DNA of 64,000 bases, from the NCBI GenBank assembly GCA_039820525.1, contig JBCBPY010000005.1, positions 89,764 through 153,763 on the forward strand, in the 5' to 3' direction. The notes beneath the pieces are model-generated. The model had not been told where the DNA came from, made no database searches, and saw only the letters and a program-made list of their open reading frames with translations. Each line of letters begins with the position of its first letter. Position 1 is the first letter of the stretch. Below, one piece after another: positions 9,030 through 17,975 of the stretch. This stretch comes from Cyanobacteria bacterium J06634_5 (GTDB taxonomy: Bacteria > Cyanobacteriota > Cyanobacteriia > Phormidesmidales > Phormidesmidaceae). Made by a program: the position numbers and the translations under genes.

Positions 9030-9920
9030 TCACCCAAGAATCTCTTCAATCATGCTGTTGGCCTGACTTGCGTAGCCCCCCCCGAAAAGATTGAAGTGAT
9101 TAAGGATGTGATACAGGTTATAGAGAACCTTGCGATGGCGGTACCCCGAATCGATGGGACTCGCTGCGTTATAGGCCTGGTAAAACGAGTCAGGGAAGCG
9201 GCCAAATAGCTCTGTCATGGCCAGATCTGTCTCGGGGTCACCATAGTAAGTGGCCGGATCGAGGATGACGGGCTCGCCTGAGTCTGTCACGGCTGCATTG
9301 CCTGACCACAAATCTCCGTGAAGGAGTGCCGGTTGCGGCGTATGCCCTGAAAGGAGACGAGGGAGGGCACTCATCAGCTCATCGCGACGGGGAAAGTGTC
9401 CTCCGCGAGCGTGGGCCATGGAGAATTGAGGACCTAAGCGGCGATCGCGCCAAAACGCACTCCACTCATCACCCCATCCATTCAGCTGTAGCGTTGCGCC
9501 AATCGTGTTATCCCGATGCCAACCAAATCCCTCTGGGCTGATGGTTTGATGCATGGCCGCCAGCTGTTGCCCCATTTGCTGCCACGCGGCAGTTGAGCTA
9601 CGCCCACCCAGCGGCAAGTATTCCATCACAATATAGGCAATAGAGCCTGCAATACCGGTACCGAGCGGCTTTGGTACGCGAATCGTACCGCTGTTATGCA
9701 TTGCTTTGAGGCCCTCGCATTCTGCCTCAAACATCGCCAGCTCACTCGCTTTGTTCACCTTAATGAAAAAGGTGCGTTGACCATCTGAAATAGCCGAAGC
9801 TTGGTTAATACAGCCCCCCCCGATCGTTTGTTGGGAGGTCATTTGAAAGGGTTTTCCTGTGAGCTGAGCAATATGCTCAGCGACTTTAGCTGCGGCTGAC
9901 TCGGCTAAAAGATTAGACAT
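9030..9920 (-). CDS. Fructosamine kinase family protein
   Basis: 296 aa with the family signature LLHGDLWSGN and a kinase-like fold pattern. Confidence 0.85.
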   Translation of the reverse strand: MSNLLAESAAAKVAEHIAQLTGKPFQMTSQQTIGGGCINQASAISDGQRTFFIKVNKASELAMFEAECEGLKAMHNSGTIRVPKPLGTGIAGSIAYIVMEYLPLGGRSSTAAWQQMGQQLAAMHQTISPEGFGWHRDNTIGATLQLNGWGDEWSAFWRDRRLGPQFSMAHARGGHFPRRDELMSALPRLLSGHTPQPALLHGDLWSGNAAVTDSGEPVILDPATYYGDPETDLAMTELFGRFPDSFYQAYNAASPIDSGYRHRKVLYNLYHILNHFNLFGGGYASQANSMIEEILG

Positions 9921-9950
9921 TTGGCTAGTACGACTGGCTAGTTCAACTGG

Positions 9951-11342
9951 CTAGTTCAAAGCGGCAGCAGCAGCCCTCTGGTCTGCCACTTGATCTGCAG
10001 AGGGCTTGAGGGTGACAACGCCATAGGCTTTGAGCGGGAGGTATCGCTGTACTGCGGCCTGCACATCTTCAGCAGTTACCCTGCGAATCCATTCTGGGTA
10101 GTCCAGCGCGTGCCGAATATCGCCTGTCATCGCTTGATAGTAGCCGTAGAGCCCGGCTCTATCGCTGGGGGTTTCGCTCCCAAAAATATAGCGATTGGCG
10201 ACCTGGGTCTGCACGCGGCGTAGTTCAGTGGCTGTAATTGGTTCTTCGTGCAGCCGTTGAATGTGCTCTAGGATGGCTTTTTCTGCGTCGGCAAGGTTAG
10301 CGATCGCAACTTTCGCCGAAATATAAAACACGCCCTGATTACCAAAGGTCATGTTGCTCGCCGAAATGCTGTTGACCAAATGACGCGTCTCCAGCAAGTC
10401 GTCAATCATCCGCGCCGCACGACCTCGACTGAGGATAGAGGCCACCACATCCAGCGGATAGGTTTTCTCCAATTGGCGCATACCAGGGACGCGCCAGCCT
10501 AAGACCAATCTTGCCTGTTGCAGGGCATCGTCTACATACTCAGCGCGGTGAATCGTCGGGAAAGGCGCCTCCGGCTGGCTAGAAGGAACCTGCCGCACCA
10601 TCTCTGGATTGGAGTAGTCTCGATTGCTGCGAGCAATCGCCTGATCGAACCCCTCCTCGACCACGCGAATCAGCTCTTCCACCGGGAGGTTGCCCACCGC
10701 GACCGCAGTCATATGTTGCGGCTGATACCACGTGTGATGAAAAGCGCGCATCTGCTCTGCGGTGAGGCCTTCCACCACGCCAGCTGGCCCCAGTACCGGA
10801 CGGCGGTAGGGCAGCGTCTCAAAGCTCATTTCCATGGAGCGATAGAACGTGCGCCGCTGCGGGCTGTCTTCTGCACGTCGGATTTCTTCTAAAATAATGG
10901 GCCGCTCGCGGTCGAAATGATCGTTTTGCAAGCTAGGATTCATTACAAGCTCTATCTGCAAGGGGGCAAGAGTGGCAAAGTCCTGCGGTGCAGCGGTGAT
11001 GTAGTAATGGGTGTAGTCCTGACTGGTCGCAGCATTGGTAATTGCGCCACGCTCTTCGATCAAGCGCTCAAACTCACCGCAGTCAATGCGAGGCGTCCCT
11101 TTAAAGATCATGTGCTCCAAAAAGTGAGCCATGCCATTAATGGCATCTGATTCTACTTTGGAACCGATATTAAGCCACAGGCTTAAGTTAACGGCATCAA
11201 TCGGCATTTGCTCAGCAATGATGGTGAGCCCGTTGGGCAAACGGCGAATGGTGGGCGCATTTAGCGGGCTGGAAGTTTTACGTTCGACAGGCTGGCTGTA
11301 AGCGGCACGAGTATCATTCGGCGTTGCAGTAGGAGAGACCAT
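9951..11342 (-). CDS. M16-family zinc peptidase (pitrilysin/insulinase-like)
   Basis: 463 aa with the inverted zinc motif HFLEHMIFKGT (HxxEH). Confidence 0.85.
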   Translation of the reverse strand: MVSPTATPNDTRAAYSQPVERKTSSPLNAPTIRRLPNGLTIIAEQMPIDAVNLSLWLNIGSKVESDAINGMAHFLEHMIFKGTPRIDCGEFERLIEERGAITNAATSQDYTHYYITAAPQDFATLAPLQIELVMNPSLQNDHFDRERPIILEEIRRAEDSPQRRTFYRSMEMSFETLPYRRPVLGPAGVVEGLTAEQMRAFHHTWYQPQHMTAVAVGNLPVEELIRVVEEGFDQAIARSNRDYSNPEMVRQVPSSQPEAPFPTIHRAEYVDDALQQARLVLGWRVPGMRQLEKTYPLDVVASILSRGRAARMIDDLLETRHLVNSISASNMTFGNQGVFYISAKVAIANLADAEKAILEHIQRLHEEPITATELRRVQTQVANRYIFGSETPSDRAGLYGYYQAMTGDIRHALDYPEWIRRVTAEDVQAAVQRYLPLKAYGVVTLKPSADQVADQRAAAAALN

Positions 11343-11537
11343 AGACGATTTCTTTTTTTACTTTACTTATTGTAAAGGGCCTGGGGAAATCAAGAGAAAA
11401 ATAGGCGGGGGAAGGCCCTATAGAGTCCATTATCAAAGGCGCGGGGGATGCTGTTCGTATAATCAGACACCTCGGCTTACCAATTCGCCGAAATGAGGTT
11501 ATATAGAGCTTGATGTACCGGTTGGGGATGGCAAGTC

Positions 11538-12248
11538 ATGGGAACGTGGATTAAAGAAACGGACACCGCGTTTTATTTAATGGAGGGGGGGCACTATATT
11601 TCAAAAATTTCAAAGTACCCCTCCAAAAATAACCCTGCCGAGCAGGTTGTCAACATCGCGGGCATGAAAGCGTGGTTTAACCGGGCTGATGCGCCTAGGG
11701 GCATGACCGTTTCGAGAGGTGGCCCTGAGCCTAAGCACAAGCCTGTTGTGTCAGTGTCGCCAGCCGCCACGTCGCCCACTAGCAGCAACGGCCCCAAGCG
11801 AACCAATGCCAATGGGCTCTTGTTAATTAAGTCCTTTGAGGGACTAAGGCTTAAAGCCTACCGGGATGCCGTAGGAATTTGGACAATTGGCTATGGCACC
11901 ACGCGCGGCGTCCGCCCTGGGATGCAAATTTCAAAAGAGAAGGCTGAAGAATTTCTCCAGGCAGATTTGACGCGATTTGAAAAGGCTATTAACGACGCGG
12001 TAAAAGTACCCATTAACGATAATCAGTTCTCGGCGCTCGTATCGTTTACCTATAACGTGGGTTCTGGGGCATTTCGAAGCTCAACCTTGCTACGACTCCT
12101 CAACCAGCGTCATGACCTGCGCTCTACAGCCAATCAGTTTCCCCGCTGGAACAAGGCAGGGGGACGAGTACTCTCAGGACTGACTCGCAGGCGAAATGCT
12201 GAAAAAGGTCTGTTTCTCGGCGAAGATTTTCGTAAATTTCTTGGCTAG
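11538..12248 (+). CDS. GH24 phage-type lysozyme with unassigned N-terminal domain
   Basis: 236 aa. The C-terminal ~150 aa carry LIKSFEGLRLKAYRDAVGIWTIGYGTT, the T4-lysozyme-like catalytic region. The N-terminal ~85 aa match no recognised motif, and I see no signal peptide. Confidence 0.8.
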   Translation: MGTWIKETDTAFYLMEGGHYISKISKYPSKNNPAEQVVNIAGMKAWFNRADAPRGMTVSRGGPEPKHKPVVSVSPAATSPTSSNGPKRTNANGLLLIKSFEGLRLKAYRDAVGIWTIGYGTTRGVRPGMQISKEKAEEFLQADLTRFEKAINDAVKVPINDNQFSALVSFTYNVGSGAFRSSTLLRLLNQRHDLRSTANQFPRWNKAGGRVLSGLTRRRNAEKGLFLGEDFRKFLG

Positions 12249-12260
12249 CCCCTCATTCAC

Positions 12261-13223
12261 TTGGCTAGATCCTCAATTCATATGACTTCTCGACTCAAGG
12301 CATCGCTGACACCCTATCTATTTTTGGCGCCGGCGCTGATTGTGCTGTTGCTGATGGTGTTTTGGCCTGCGCTTCAGGCTTTTCGCCTCAGCTTTATGGA
12401 GTATGGCTACGATGTCACCCAGCCACCAGAGTGGGTGGGCTTAGCCAATTTTCAGCGGCTGATTGAGGATAAAACCTTTTGGAAAACGCTCAAAAATACG
12501 GTGTTGTATTTGGTTTGCGTGGTGCCAGTACTGGCGATCGCACCGCTGCTGCTGGCTATTTTAGTCAATCAAAAGCTCAAAGGCATCAGCTGGTTTCGAG
12601 TCGCCTACTACACCCCTGTTGTGGTTTCAATGGTAGTCGCAGGCATCGCCTGGAAATGGCTCTATGCGGAAAACGGTCTATTTAACCAAGTGCTCTCTAG
12701 CCTGGTTAAAACGCTCAACAGCCTGCCTTTACTCGGTTCATTTTTTAGCCAGCATCTACCGGCAGCAATCAGCATTCCTTGGCTGACCAGTCCTGACTGG
12801 GTGCTTTTTAGTGTGATGGCCGTCACCGTATGGAAGGGCCTGGGCTACTACATGGTGATTTACTTGGCCGGATTGCAGGGGCTGCCCGCAGACCTTTATG
12901 AGGCGGCGGCAATTGATGGATCGGATGGCTGGCGTAAGCACTGGGATATTACGCTGCCGCTAATGAAGCCGTATATCTTTTTGGTGTCGGTGATTAGTGC
13001 GATCGCGGCCACAAAAGTCTTCGAAGAAGTTTTCATCATGACCCAGGGTGGCCCCCGCAGTGCTTCCAAAACCGTGGTGTACTACGTTTACGAATCGGCC
13101 TTTAGCGATTTGGACATGAGCTATGCCTGCACCATTGGGCTCGCACTTTTCGTGATCATCCTGACGCTCTCGTTTATTCGCATTGCCCTATCCAACCCAG
13201 CAGATTCTGGAACACAGCTGTAG
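12261..13223 (+). CDS. Carbohydrate ABC transporter permease (MalF/UgpA-like)
   Basis: 320 aa, polytopic, with the EAA loop YEAAAIDGSDGWRKHWDITLPLMKP. TTG start in the track, with an alternative ATG at 12282. Confidence 0.85.
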   Translation: MARSSIHMTSRLKASLTPYLFLAPALIVLLLMVFWPALQAFRLSFMEYGYDVTQPPEWVGLANFQRLIEDKTFWKTLKNTVLYLVCVVPVLAIAPLLLAILVNQKLKGISWFRVAYYTPVVVSMVVAGIAWKWLYAENGLFNQVLSSLVKTLNSLPLLGSFFSQHLPAAISIPWLTSPDWVLFSVMAVTVWKGLGYYMVIYLAGLQGLPADLYEAAAIDGSDGWRKHWDITLPLMKPYIFLVSVISAIAATKVFEEVFIMTQGGPRSASKTVVYYVYESAFSDLDMSYACTIGLALFVIILTLSFIRIALSNPADSGTQL

Positions 13224-13281
13224 CAGCAACACCGAGAGCAGCAATACCGAAGGGCGTCAGATCAAGCATCAAAAGCGCTGA

Positions 13282-13563
13282 CTACATCATGCGTAGCAGG
13301 CCCTGCTGCCCAACCAAAATTTCGCGCAGGAAGCTCACTAGCCCCACCCAAATAACCGGAGAGATATCCACACCGCCAATGGGAGGGACAACCTTACGCA
13401 CAGGGACAAGAAAAATCTCTGTAGGCCAAGCCACAATAGCGAAAGGGAACTTGTTCAGTTCAGCCTCGGGGTACCAGGTCAAAATGATGCGGAACAGGAA
13501 TAGCAGGGTGTAAAGGCTCAAAATAGGGCCGATAATCCAGGTCGCGATCGCAGCATTAGACAT
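13282..13563 (-). CDS. YggT/Ycf19 family membrane protein
   Basis: 93 aa. FRIILTWYPE...PTEIFLVPVRKVVPPIGGVDISPVIW matches the YggT pattern. Confidence 0.75.
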   Translation of the reverse strand: MSNAAIATWIIGPILSLYTLLFLFRIILTWYPEAELNKFPFAIVAWPTEIFLVPVRKVVPPIGGVDISPVIWVGLVSFLREILVGQQGLLRMM

Positions 13564-13735
13564 AAAAAGCAGTTCTCCTTTTGCACTCCGTCCCCGCTTT
13601 CTGCCAGTCTTAGGCAGGCATCAGGTCCGTGGAGCATTTGTGACTATACTAAATCTAGCTTAATACCGCTTCATCTTTTCAAGGGTGGCGATTGTCGATA
13701 TCATAGAGGGTAGTTAACAGCTGAGGCTTAAATAA

Positions 13736-13855
13736 ATGACTCCTTCTTTGACCAACTTTATGCTCAGCCTCCTTGCAGGGCTTTTGATCCTGGTGATTCC
13801 TGCAACGATTGCACTAATCTTTATTAGTCAGCGCGACCAAGTTACTCGCAACTAA
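13736..13855 (+). CDS. psbX: Photosystem II reaction centre protein X
   Basis: 39-aa ORF, too short for the supplied track: MTPSLTNFMLSLLAGLLILVIPATIALIFISQRDQVTRN. This is the conserved PsbX pattern (MTPSL.NF...single TM...SQRD). Confidence 0.8.
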   Translation: MTPSLTNFMLSLLAGLLILVIPATIALIFISQRDQVTRN

Positions 13856-13983
13856 TCGATAGCTTAATTTTTTCCAACCTAGTAGCTAGCTCGTTCAAAC
13901 GAAGGCAGTTAGCTTTCATGGGCGACGTCTCCATACATCGCTAGTGCCCGACATAAGAGAATGGCCTAGGAAAACTTGAGCTC

Positions 13984-14027
13984 AAAAAAAGAAACTGGGA
14001 GAGCAAGGGCTTGTTCTCCCAGTTTCT
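13984..14027 (-). terminator. Intrinsic terminator oriented for a minus-strand transcript, with no annotated gene
   Basis: 17-bp stem (13990-14006 / 14011-14027, one G-U pair) with loop gggc. Read on the minus strand, the hairpin is followed by T7 (plus-strand a13984-a13990). Confidence 0.6.
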
Positions 14028-14215
14028 ATATATAGACAGTCCGCTTTTACGGGTCATCTTCTATGCGTCCGCTTCTACGGGTAGAAGATGGCAGGAGAGT
14101 CGATAACAGCTGATAGCAAAGGAGAGCCAACTAATAGGTGCGATTGTTATCATAGAAGTAGCACCAATTCCGGGCACATCTTAAAGAGCACTCGGTCAAT
14201 GCGGTATCAACTCTG

Positions 14216-14266
14216 CTATTGTGCAGCTAACCTATTGTGTAGCTAACAGTTTATGTAGCTAACAGT
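14216..14266. repeat. Three tandem 16-bp units containing TGTAGCTAAC, upstream of the ycf66-like gene
   Basis: ctattgtgcagctaac / ctattgtgtagctaac / agtttatgtagctaac, then agt. TGTAGCTAACAGT is exact at 14238-14250 and 14254-14266. Confidence 0.85.
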
Positions 14267-14353
14267 GTGCACAATGCTCGTTCAGTCAGCGGGCTTTCGT
14301 CAAATTTATTTTGTAAAGGGCAGCCCTCTGCTGTCACTTAAGAGGTTTCGGTT

Positions 14354-15292
14354 GTGAGTTTTACTCCGGTAACATTATTAGTTGGTATTGTCTTGATTCT
14401 CGGTGCTTTGGCACTGTTTTTCCTAGATAAATTGCGGCCCGGCTACGCCCGCGACACCGATAAGGTATACGCCGTACTCCTTTTGATCTCTGGCTTTTTG
14501 TCGTTGGGTCACCTCACCGCCGGGGTGACAGAATCCTTTCAGCTCATGCTGATGGCAGGGATGCTTTTTACCCTAGTGCTAGAGAGCGTTCGCAATCGCG
14601 AGCCTGTGGTTGAGCCACCGATGAGAATGGATCCTCGTCCGCCTCGCCCACCCCGTCCTCGCTACGATGACCGTCCGCAAAATCGCCGTGTTTATCGAGC
14701 TGAGCTAGATGAACGTAACGATCCGCGTCGGGCAGGGGCTTTCCCTGGCGAAAATAGAGGCTATCCACCTCGCATGAACCCTGCGCAAGATCCTCGTATG
14801 GCACCGGTCAGAGACGATTATCGCCGAGGCGAATACGCACCGGCAGATCGTCCGCGTCAGCCCTATGAGGAATATCGGGGCCCCGCAGGCCGCTTGCAGC
14901 CCAGCCCAAATGGTCCAAACGAAGGCTTTAACAATAGGCCACCAGAACGTTACGCCGATAACAATGGCCGCTATGGTGAGCGTCCGCCTGCGAGTCGTGG
15001 GCCTATGCAGCGTCCACCGAGTGAACCGCCACAAAACGGCACCCGAGGCGACGAAACGTTTGCCCAAAGGAGGCCCAGCGGAGGAGAGGATAGATTTGAT
15101 AGCCGTTCTGGCAGCCGTGAAAACAGCAATGGCATGAACGATCGCAGCGGTGAGCGCCCGCCTAATACAGAGCGAGCCTTGAACGTTCGGCCCTATAGCG
15201 AAGCGCCCAAGATCGATCTTTCCAGAGAAGGCAATCCTGAGAGTGGGTATCGGGGTGTTAACCAGCCCGAAGGTTCCCCTTCTGACGTTTAG
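14354..15292 (+). CDS. Ycf66-like membrane protein with long Pro/Arg/Gly-rich low-complexity tail
   Basis: 312 aa. The N-terminal ~85 aa (two or three TM segments, ...LRPGYARDTDKVYAVLLLISGFLSLGH...) resemble Ycf66. The rest is low complexity (PRPPRPRYDDRP...). Confidence 0.55.
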   Translation: MSFTPVTLLVGIVLILGALALFFLDKLRPGYARDTDKVYAVLLLISGFLSLGHLTAGVTESFQLMLMAGMLFTLVLESVRNREPVVEPPMRMDPRPPRPPRPRYDDRPQNRRVYRAELDERNDPRRAGAFPGENRGYPPRMNPAQDPRMAPVRDDYRRGEYAPADRPRQPYEEYRGPAGRLQPSPNGPNEGFNNRPPERYADNNGRYGERPPASRGPMQRPPSEPPQNGTRGDETFAQRRPSGGEDRFDSRSGSRENSNGMNDRSGERPPNTERALNVRPYSEAPKIDLSREGNPESGYRGVNQPEGSPSDV

Positions 15293-15420
15293 GCGATTAA
15301 AACAGAGGCTTGAGCTTCAAAGCACCCTCACAAAGAAGGCACCGAAGAGGAAAGCCCCAGGTAAACGGTATGCGTTTACCTGGGGCTTTTTAGTGTTTTG
15401 TAGAGGATCGATTAACGTCA

Positions 15421-16059
15421 CTATCGGTGGTAGTCGGTGACATTTTCAGGAATAGGGATAGCGTTAGTCAGTTTCGGATCGGCGATAGGTTGGCCAGGGG
15501 TTTGAGTTAAGGGTAAAACGCCAGCCCATATCGGCAGCTCGTAATCGGCTGCGTCGTCAACTGGGGGACCTGTACGGATTTTGGCGGAGGCTTCAGCAAT
15601 CGGAACTTTGAGTACGCAGGTGTCCGCCAATTCAGCAGGGGTGGGCGATCGCACCTCGTCCCAGCGGCCGACCATTACATGCTCCGTAAAAGCCTTAAGC
15701 GCGGTCATTTTCTCCTCAGCCTCACCCACCCGCTGGGCCGTGCCAAACAAAACAACTGAGCGATAGTTCATAGAGTGGTGATAGGCCGAGCGCGCGAGCA
15801 CCAAACCATCGAGTAGGGTCACCGTGACACATACCTCAATCCCCGTTAGTAAGGACTTGAGCATGCGGCTGGCGCCGGCACCATGAATGTATAGATGCTC
15901 ATGGGAGCGGCCATAGGCGGTCGGAATGACAAAGGGTTGATGGTCTACAACAAAGCCGACATGGCATACGAGGCCCTCATCTAAAATTTTGGCAATGGTT
16001 TCAAAATCGTAGTGCCCGCGCTTAGGGGGCCTTTTGACTTGGGTTTTGGCTGTTTTCAT
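15421..16059 (-). CDS. Pyridoxamine 5'-phosphate oxidase-family (FMN-binding split-barrel) protein
   Basis: Start chosen at the internal ATG 16059 (MKTAKTQVKRPPKRGHYDFETIAKILDEGLVCHVGFVVDHQPFVIPTAYGR..LYIHGA), a Pyridox_ox_2-like pattern. The track ORF extends to 16137. Confidence 0.7.
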   Translation of the reverse strand: MKTAKTQVKRPPKRGHYDFETIAKILDEGLVCHVGFVVDHQPFVIPTAYGRSHEHLYIHGAGASRMLKSLLTGIEVCVTVTLLDGLVLARSAYHHSMNYRSVVLFGTAQRVGEAEEKMTALKAFTEHVMVGRWDEVRSPTPAELADTCVLKVPIAEASAKIRTGPPVDDAADYELPIWAGVLPLTQTPGQPIADPKLTNAIPIPENVTDYHR

Positions 16060-16196
16060 AGGGTTTGATCTTTCGCGAGCAAAAGGGTGTAAGGGTTCAT
16101 TGCTGCTACAGTAATCTCTCAATTGGTCATTACCCAAGAGCCAATTTTAGATAGTTTAATCAGTCCAATTTGTGACAAAAATAGTAGGCGATCGCC

Positions 16197-17852
16197 ATGG
16201 ATTTGGCCTTGATACTCACCCTCGATGCCGCCGCAAAGAGGCCCTTACATCGTCAGCTTTACGAGCAAATTCGGCAGGCTATTTTGAGCGGGAAACTGCG
16301 ATCGCACACCCAGCTTCCGGCCACCCGTCAGCTCGCCCAAATCCTAGGCATCTCACGCACAACGGTGACTCAGAGCTACGATCAGCTCATCAGTGAGGGC
16401 TATTTACAAACCCGGCAGGGCGCGGGCACCTTTGTGAGTGAGCATCTACCAGAAGATCTCTTAAATACCCGTCCCATCGGCGGCCATCTGAATCGCGGCG
16501 ATCTGAGCAGCGGTCCTCTGAAACCGGAACAGGGACCAGCTTGCGCTGAGCAAAAAAATCGAAAATCGAAAGAGACGTCAGAGGCTTCAGCTAACGGGGC
16601 TCAAGCGACAGAACACCCACAACCGCTTCCGCTATCGACCTACGGGCAGCATTTGCAACAACTGCCTGCGCGAACATTCAAGCTAGGCCCCCTGCTGAGC
16701 TTTCGCTACGGCATTCCTGATTTGGCCCAGTTTCCGGTGCAGCGATGGCGACGTCTGCTCAATAAGCATCAGGCTAAGGGCCATGACTGGATGGGCTATA
16801 GTCCAGAGCCGATGGGATATAGGCCACTGCGAGAGCAGATTGCTCAATACATCACGCAGGCTAGAGCGGTGAGGTGCTCGCCTGAGCAAATTTTGATTAC
16901 GCAAGGCGCTCAGCAGGCCCTAGGGCTGATTGCCAGGTTGCTGGTGACACCGGGTGAGGCGATCGCACTCGAAGATCCGGGCTATTTGAGCGGTCAGCAT
17001 GTGTTTCAGGCGAATGGCGCTCAAATTCAGCCCGTGCCCGTTGACAGCGAGGGGCTAAAAGTAGAAGGGCCCAATGGGCTCGATGCGATCGCCACGCCCA
17101 AAACCCGTTTAGTCTACGTTACGCCTTCTCATCAATTTCCCACAGGCGTCCTAATGTCTTTGCCCCGGCGGCTGGCCCTCTTGCAGTGGGCACAACGCCA
17201 AAACGCGCTAATTGTAGAAGACGACTATGACAGTGAATTTCGCTACAGCGGTAGGCCCATTCCCGCATTACAGGGTCTAGAGACGGCCTGCAACGCGGAA
17301 GCGCGCGTGATTTATGTCGGGACATTTTCCAAAATCCTGTTCCCAGGACTGCAAATAGGCTACGTGGTGGTGCCGCAATCGCTCATCAGCGTGTTTCGGC
17401 AGGCAAAATGGCTGTGCGATCGCCAGTGCTCATGGCTTAATCAAGTTGCCCTGGCCGACTTTATTGCTGAGGGCGAACTGGCTAGGCACATCAGACGTAT
17501 GCGCCCCGTTTATCATCGACGGCGGCAGACTTTAATCACTCAGCTGCAACAAACCGATTCAAGCCTGCGGGTTTCAGGGGACCCCGCAGGACTCCACATC
17601 ATGGCGACCCTACCTAAAGTCCACGATGCTCAAACCCTAATAGCCCAAGCAAGATCCAAAGGCGTAGGGCTTTTTAGCGCTGAACCTCACTATTGGCCAG
17701 TAGACTCAGCATCACGGCCCTCAACATCACGGCCCTCAGCATTACCAAACGAGGTCAAAAGCACTTTTATTTTCGGATTTGGCGGTTTAGACGAACCGGC
17801 TATCGAAGAAGCGATCGCGCGGATTTCCCCTCTCATCCGCTCAGCTCAGTAG
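16197..17852 (+). CDS. MocR/GabR-type regulator (GntR winged-helix domain fused to a PLP aminotransferase-like domain)
   Basis: 551 aa. N-terminal GntR HTH (LPATRQLAQILGISRTTVTQSYDQLISEGYL), a long linker, then a fold-type-I aminotransferase domain (YVGTFSKILFPGLQIGYVV). Confidence 0.85.
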   Translation: MDLALILTLDAAAKRPLHRQLYEQIRQAILSGKLRSHTQLPATRQLAQILGISRTTVTQSYDQLISEGYLQTRQGAGTFVSEHLPEDLLNTRPIGGHLNRGDLSSGPLKPEQGPACAEQKNRKSKETSEASANGAQATEHPQPLPLSTYGQHLQQLPARTFKLGPLLSFRYGIPDLAQFPVQRWRRLLNKHQAKGHDWMGYSPEPMGYRPLREQIAQYITQARAVRCSPEQILITQGAQQALGLIARLLVTPGEAIALEDPGYLSGQHVFQANGAQIQPVPVDSEGLKVEGPNGLDAIATPKTRLVYVTPSHQFPTGVLMSLPRRLALLQWAQRQNALIVEDDYDSEFRYSGRPIPALQGLETACNAEARVIYVGTFSKILFPGLQIGYVVVPQSLISVFRQAKWLCDRQCSWLNQVALADFIAEGELARHIRRMRPVYHRRRQTLITQLQQTDSSLRVSGDPAGLHIMATLPKVHDAQTLIAQARSKGVGLFSAEPHYWPVDSASRPSTSRPSALPNEVKSTFIFGFGGLDEPAIEEAIARISPLIRSAQ

Positions 17853-17975
17853 AAAATACAAAGAGGTCTTTTGCAAGCAGCCTGTCCTTGCCAAGCGACG
17901 AACTAAGCCAACAGTTCTTAGCAATTGGCAACTATTGGCAACCCGGATATTGGCAACCCGATTGGCCCGTCTTAC

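Noticed and set aside
12261-13223. A lone ABC permease with no adjacent ATPase, partner permease or binding protein, which could be a pseudo-operon or remnant.
   Set aside because: The ORF is intact with a normal EAA loop, and cyanobacterial ABC components are often scattered around the genome. That is not enough to call it unusual.
14061-14153. 30-codon minus-strand ORF (MITIAPISWLSFAISCYRLSCHLLPVEADA) upstream of the orphan terminator.
   Set aside because: It has no Shine-Dalgarno-like sequence and no resemblance to known small photosynthetic subunits. I kept it only as a possibility under the sRNA finding.
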